Assembly (NCBI GenBank): GCA_009845995.1
Contig: VXYK01000004.1
Coordinates: forward strand, 9,705-73,704
Reading direction: 5' to 3'
Length of the DNA stretch: 64,000 nt
DNA from: Acidimicrobiaceae bacterium
Lineage (GTDB): Bacteria; Actinomycetota; Acidimicrobiia; Acidimicrobiales; Aldehydirespiratoraceae
Shown: in pieces, positions 60,612 to 64,000 of the stretch
How positions within the stretch are numbered: position 1 is the first letter of the stretch
How the letters are laid out: the number at the start of each line of letters is the position of its first letter
The notes under the pieces: model-generated
Seen by the model: the letters and a program-made list of their open reading frames with translations, nothing else
The model's database searches: none
Told to the model about the DNA's origin: nothing
Position numbers and translations under genes: made by a program

Positions 60612-63296
60612 CTAGGTTGGCCGCTTCCTTGTGGCCTTCTTGGTGGACTTCTTGGTCGCTTTCTTCCTCCCGCTCGCGCGTTTCGCAGCCTTCTTGGCAG
60701 GACCTTTCAGGCGTCTTTCGGCCAACAGTTCCGCGGCCCGTTCGACAGTCAACTCCTCAACGGTGTCGCCTTTGCGGAGGGACGCGTTGTACTCACCGTC
60801 GGTGACATAAGGGCCGAAGCGGCCGTCCTTGACGACCATGGCCTTTCCGGTGTCGGGGTCTTCGCCCATGTCGCGCAACGGCGGTTTGGGGGCCTGACCG
60901 CGCCGCCGCTTGGGTTGTGCAAGCAGCGCCAGACACTCCTCGAGCGTCACGGTGAAGATCTGTTCTTCGTTGTCGAGGCTGCGGCTTTCGGAGCCTTTGC
61001 TCACGTACGGACCGTAACGTCCGTTCTGGGCGGAAATGGCCTCTCCATCTGCTGGATCGGTGCCCACGGTGCGCGGCAGCGACAAGAGTTGGAGCGCATC
61101 TTCCAGCGTGACCCGTTCAAGGGTCATCGTTGCAAACAACGAAGCCGATTTCGGTTTCTGATCCTGCTCGTCGCTGGTACCGACCTGCACGTACGGCCCG
61201 AAGCGACCGGCTTTGGCAAAGATGTTCATGCCGGTCTCTGGATCGGTGCCGAGCACGCGTCCCGCTTTGGGCATTTCGAGGTACTCGAGCGCCTTCTCCA
61301 GAGTGAGCTCGTCAGGCGGAAGATCGTCGGGGATCGAAGCGGTGTTGCTGCCGTTATTGCTTCCATTCTCATCGGATTCACCGCGTTGCACGTAAGGGCC
61401 GTAACGGCCGACCCGTACGACGATCGGTTGGCCGTCGTCGCTGATACCCAACCGAACTGTGTTGACCGATCTGGCGTCGATATCAGCGAGGCGAGTCGAC
61501 ACCTTCTCCTTCAAGCCGGGTTCGGTGCCTTCGCCTCCACCGAAGTAGAACCGTGTCAACCAGGGTTCGGATTCTTCGGTGCCGCTGGCGATCTTGTCTA
61601 GGTCGTCCTCCATCTGGGCGGTGAACCGATAGTCGACCAGGTTGGGGAAGTGCCTCTCCATCAGGTTGACGACAGCGAACGCGGTGAAGGACGGAATCAG
61701 GGCCGAGACCTTCTTCCAGACGTAACCGCGGTCCAGGATGGTACTGATGATCGACGCATACGTGGAAGGACGCCCAACACCCAGTTCTTCAAGCCTCTTG
61801 ACCAGCGAAGCTTCCGTGTAACGCGCCGGAGGAGTGGTTTCGTGCCCCTCGGGCTCCAGCGGGGCGTTCGCGCGAACTCCATCCCCCTCGTTGATCGAAG
61901 GCAGACGCCGTTCTTCGTTCTCGTCGCCGGTCCCATCGGAGGTTTCCTCGTAGACCTCACGAAATCCACGGTGCGAAATCACCGTGCCGCTGGCGCTGAA
62001 CACCACCTCGCTCCCGCTGCGGCTCGTCGCACCAAGTCGAAGTTGCACGGTCTCCCCCGTGCAGTCGGTCATCTGCGACGCAACGGTTCGTTTCCAGATC
62101 AGTTCATAGGCCCGTGCCTCGGAACTGGGAACCTCCGAGGCGACTTCTTCAGGTGAACGGAAAGATTCGCCGGCGGGCCGGATCGCTTCGTGAGCTTCCT
62201 GAGCGTTCTTCGATTTCTTGGTGTACCGCCTCGGCGAGTCGGGCAGATACTGGGTGCCGTAACGGTTCTTGATAGTGGCACGGGCCGCTTGCAGTGCCGT
62301 CTCAGACAGCGTCGTGCTATCCGTCCGCATGTAGGTGATATAGCCCTTTTCGTACAGTCCTTGCGCTGCGCGCATCGCCATCTGGGCCGACATCTTGAGC
62401 TTGCGACCAGCTTCTTGCTGATAGGTGGAGGTGATGAACGGCGCGGCGGGACGCCGACGATAGGGCTTGGCCTCACGGGACCGAACCTCATAAGGCACTC
62501 CCTCCAGTTCACCCACAAGCTTCGATGCTGCGGATTCGTCGAGCACCCTCACGTCTTCGCGAGCAAGGCGGCCATCGTCGCCAAAGTCTCGACCGCTGGC
62601 CAGCTTCACTCCGTCAATGGAGGCGAGTGAAGCCGAGAACTCGCGTGTGTCGCCGGAAACCGCGGCAAAGGTGCCGCTGACACTCCAGTAGCTTGCGGCC
62701 CGAAAATCCATCCGTTCGCGTTCACGCTGGACCACGATCCGTGTTGCCACGCTCTGGACCCGTCCTGCCGACAGCTGCGGCAGCACCTTTTTCCAGAGGA
62801 CCGGAGACACTTCATAGCCGTAGAGGCGGTCGAGGATGCGCCGCGCTTCTTGGGCGTCGACCATTTTGCGGTCCAGTTCCCGGGGAGAGTTGACAGCGGC
62901 CGCTATCGCCGCCGGCGTGATCTCGTGGAACACCATCCGCTTGACCGGTATCTGCGGATTGAGCACCTCGATGAGATGCCAGGCGATCGCTTCGCCCTCT
63001 CGATCTTCATCAGTCGCCAGGTACAACTCGTCGCTGTCCTTGACCAGCTGTTTCAAAAGTCGGATGTGCGCTCTCTTGTCTGCGTTCTCCACATACAGCG
63101 GTTTGAACCCGTCGTCGACATTGATCCCGGTGCGCGCCCAGGGCTCGTTCTTGTATGCCTTTGGCACCTCCGCGGCATTGCGCGGAAGGTCGCGGATGTG
63201 CCCGATCGACGACTCAACGGTGTAGCCGGCGCCGAGGAACTCCGCGATCTTCTTGGCCTTGGCAGGCGATTCGACAATTACTAAAGCGTTGGTCAC
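60612..63296 (-). CDS. topA: DNA topoisomerase I (actinobacterial type with Topo_C repeats and Lys-rich tail)
   Basis: LVIVESPAKA, ATDEDREGE, SAGRVQS, GYITYMRTDS, GRPSTY, repeated GR(Y/F)GPYV. Confidence 0.98.
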   Translation of the reverse strand: MTNALVIVESPAKAKKIAEFLGAGYTVESSIGHIRDLPRNAAEVPKAYKNEPWARTGINVDDGFKPLYVENADKRAHIRLLKQLVKDSDELYLATDEDREGEAIAWHLIEVLNPQIPVKRMVFHEITPAAIAAAVNSPRELDRKMVDAQEARRILDRLYGYEVSPVLWKKVLPQLSAGRVQSVATRIVVQRERERMDFRAASYWSVSGTFAAVSGDTREFSASLASIDGVKLASGRDFGDDGRLAREDVRVLDESAASKLVGELEGVPYEVRSREAKPYRRRPAAPFITSTYQQEAGRKLKMSAQMAMRAAQGLYEKGYITYMRTDSTTLSETALQAARATIKNRYGTQYLPDSPRRYTKKSKNAQEAHEAIRPAGESFRSPEEVASEVPSSEARAYELIWKRTVASQMTDCTGETVQLRLGATSRSGSEVVFSASGTVISHRGFREVYEETSDGTGDENEERRLPSINEGDGVRANAPLEPEGHETTPPARYTEASLVKRLEELGVGRPSTYASIISTILDRGYVWKKVSALIPSFTAFAVVNLMERHFPNLVDYRFTAQMEDDLDKIASGTEESEPWLTRFYFGGGEGTEPGLKEKVSTRLADIDARSVNTVRLGISDDGQPIVVRVGRYGPYVQRGESDENGSNNGSNTASIPDDLPPDELTLEKALEYLEMPKAGRVLGTDPETGMNIFAKAGRFGPYVQVGTSDEQDQKPKSASLFATMTLERVTLEDALQLLSLPRTVGTDPADGEAISAQNGRYGPYVSKGSESRSLDNEEQIFTVTLEECLALLAQPKRRRGQAPKPPLRDMGEDPDTGKAMVVKDGRFGPYVTDGEYNASLRKGDTVEELTVERAAELLAERRLKGPAKKAAKRASGRKKATKKSTKKATRKRPT

Positions 63297-63365
63297 AGGG
63301 AACAATCAATCCAAACGTAAGAAATCGTGTCGGGCAATGTAGCCCTCGAATGTAGCCAAGCAACA

Positions 63366-64000
63366 CTAGGGGCTGGAGGTACCCACCAACATCGGGTCGT
63401 CCGTCTCGATCTCTTCGACTTCTTTCGCGCGCAGCAGAATCGACGATCCGATCACCGCGGCGACCAGGGAAGCACCGACGATCCCGATCTTCGCTTCGGT
63501 GAGCAGCGGGTCCGAAAACGCCAGACCGGCAATGAACAACGAGACCGTGAAACCGATGCCTGCGGTGGCCGCCAGCCCGACGACATGGGTCCAGGTGGTC
63601 GACGGAGGCAGCGAGGTCAGCCCCGACTTCACGCTGAGCCAGGTGGCGAGGGTGACTCCGATGAGCTTGCCGAAAACCAGACCGAAGGCAATGCCGATCG
63701 TGACCGGACTCGTCGCGGCATCGGAGATTGTCTCTGTCGACAGTTCAATCCCCGCGTTGGCCAACGCAAAGATTGGAATGATCAGGAAACTCGACACTGG
63801 ATGGAGCAGGTCTTCAAGCCGTTCAACCACCGAGACCTGGTCTTTCAACTCGACGTTCGCCCGGCGGACGACCATGGCGTTCGCATCGCCGCGCAGCGCA
63901 CTGAGAACCGGCTCTTCGTCGGGTTGCACCTCATTGAGTGGGCGGGCAGGCGCAAGCAGGCCCAGAATCACCCCGGCGATCGTGGCGTGAATCCCCGAAT
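63366..64000 (-). CDS. nhaA: Na+/H+ antiporter NhaA (5' part outside the window)
   Basis: SGIHATIAGV at the window edge, LEDLLHP...PIFALANAG, GKLIG, AGIGFTVSLFIA.LAF, AKIGI. Confidence 0.94.
   Translation of the reverse strand, partial: SGIHATIAGVILGLLAPARPLNEVQPDEEPVLSALRGDANAMVVRRANVELKDQVSVVERLEDLLHPVSSFLIIPIFALANAGIELSTETISDAATSPVTIGIAFGLVFGKLIGVTLATWLSVKSGLTSLPPSTTWTHVVGLAATAGIGFTVSLFIAGLAFSDPLLTEAKIGIVGASLVAAVIGSSILLRAKEVEEIETDDPMLVGTSSP

Overview
High-GC actinobacterial chromosome segment. Gene content and order suggest class Acidimicrobiia (inference, no search run). It is mostly core genome: helD (partial, missing from the ORF track), hemE-hemY, lnt, tesB, glnD, a hydantoinase/oxoprolinase pair, hemQ, fdhD, groEL with a CIRCE operator, rlmB-ispF-ispD, crp, radA, clpC, coaX-panC, folK-folB-folP-folE-hpt-tilS, holB-tmk-topA, nhaA (partial) and two tRNA-Thr genes. 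Accessory or unusual content: (1) a GT4/methyltransferase/(alpha/alpha)-barrel/Methyltransf_24 cluster resembling the methylmannose-polysaccharide (MMP) locus, next to gtrA and tesB; (2) a C-terminally truncated DUF262/DUF1524 (GmrSD-like) gene just after tRNA-Thr(TGT); (3) a lipoprotein-TM-degenerate HAD fusion between clpC and radA; (4) a PTP/DSP-like protein lacking the catalytic motif inside the folate operon; (5) a dispersed ~22-bp intergenic repeat (consensus GGAGCGCAGCGAACAAGAGCGG), two copies of which lie between a 50-bp duplication of a gene 3' end; (6) recurrent short tandem or fold-back duplications on gene termini; (7) a vapBC pair next to an arsI/cadI-like gene. No CRISPR array, rRNA, integrase or transposase was seen.
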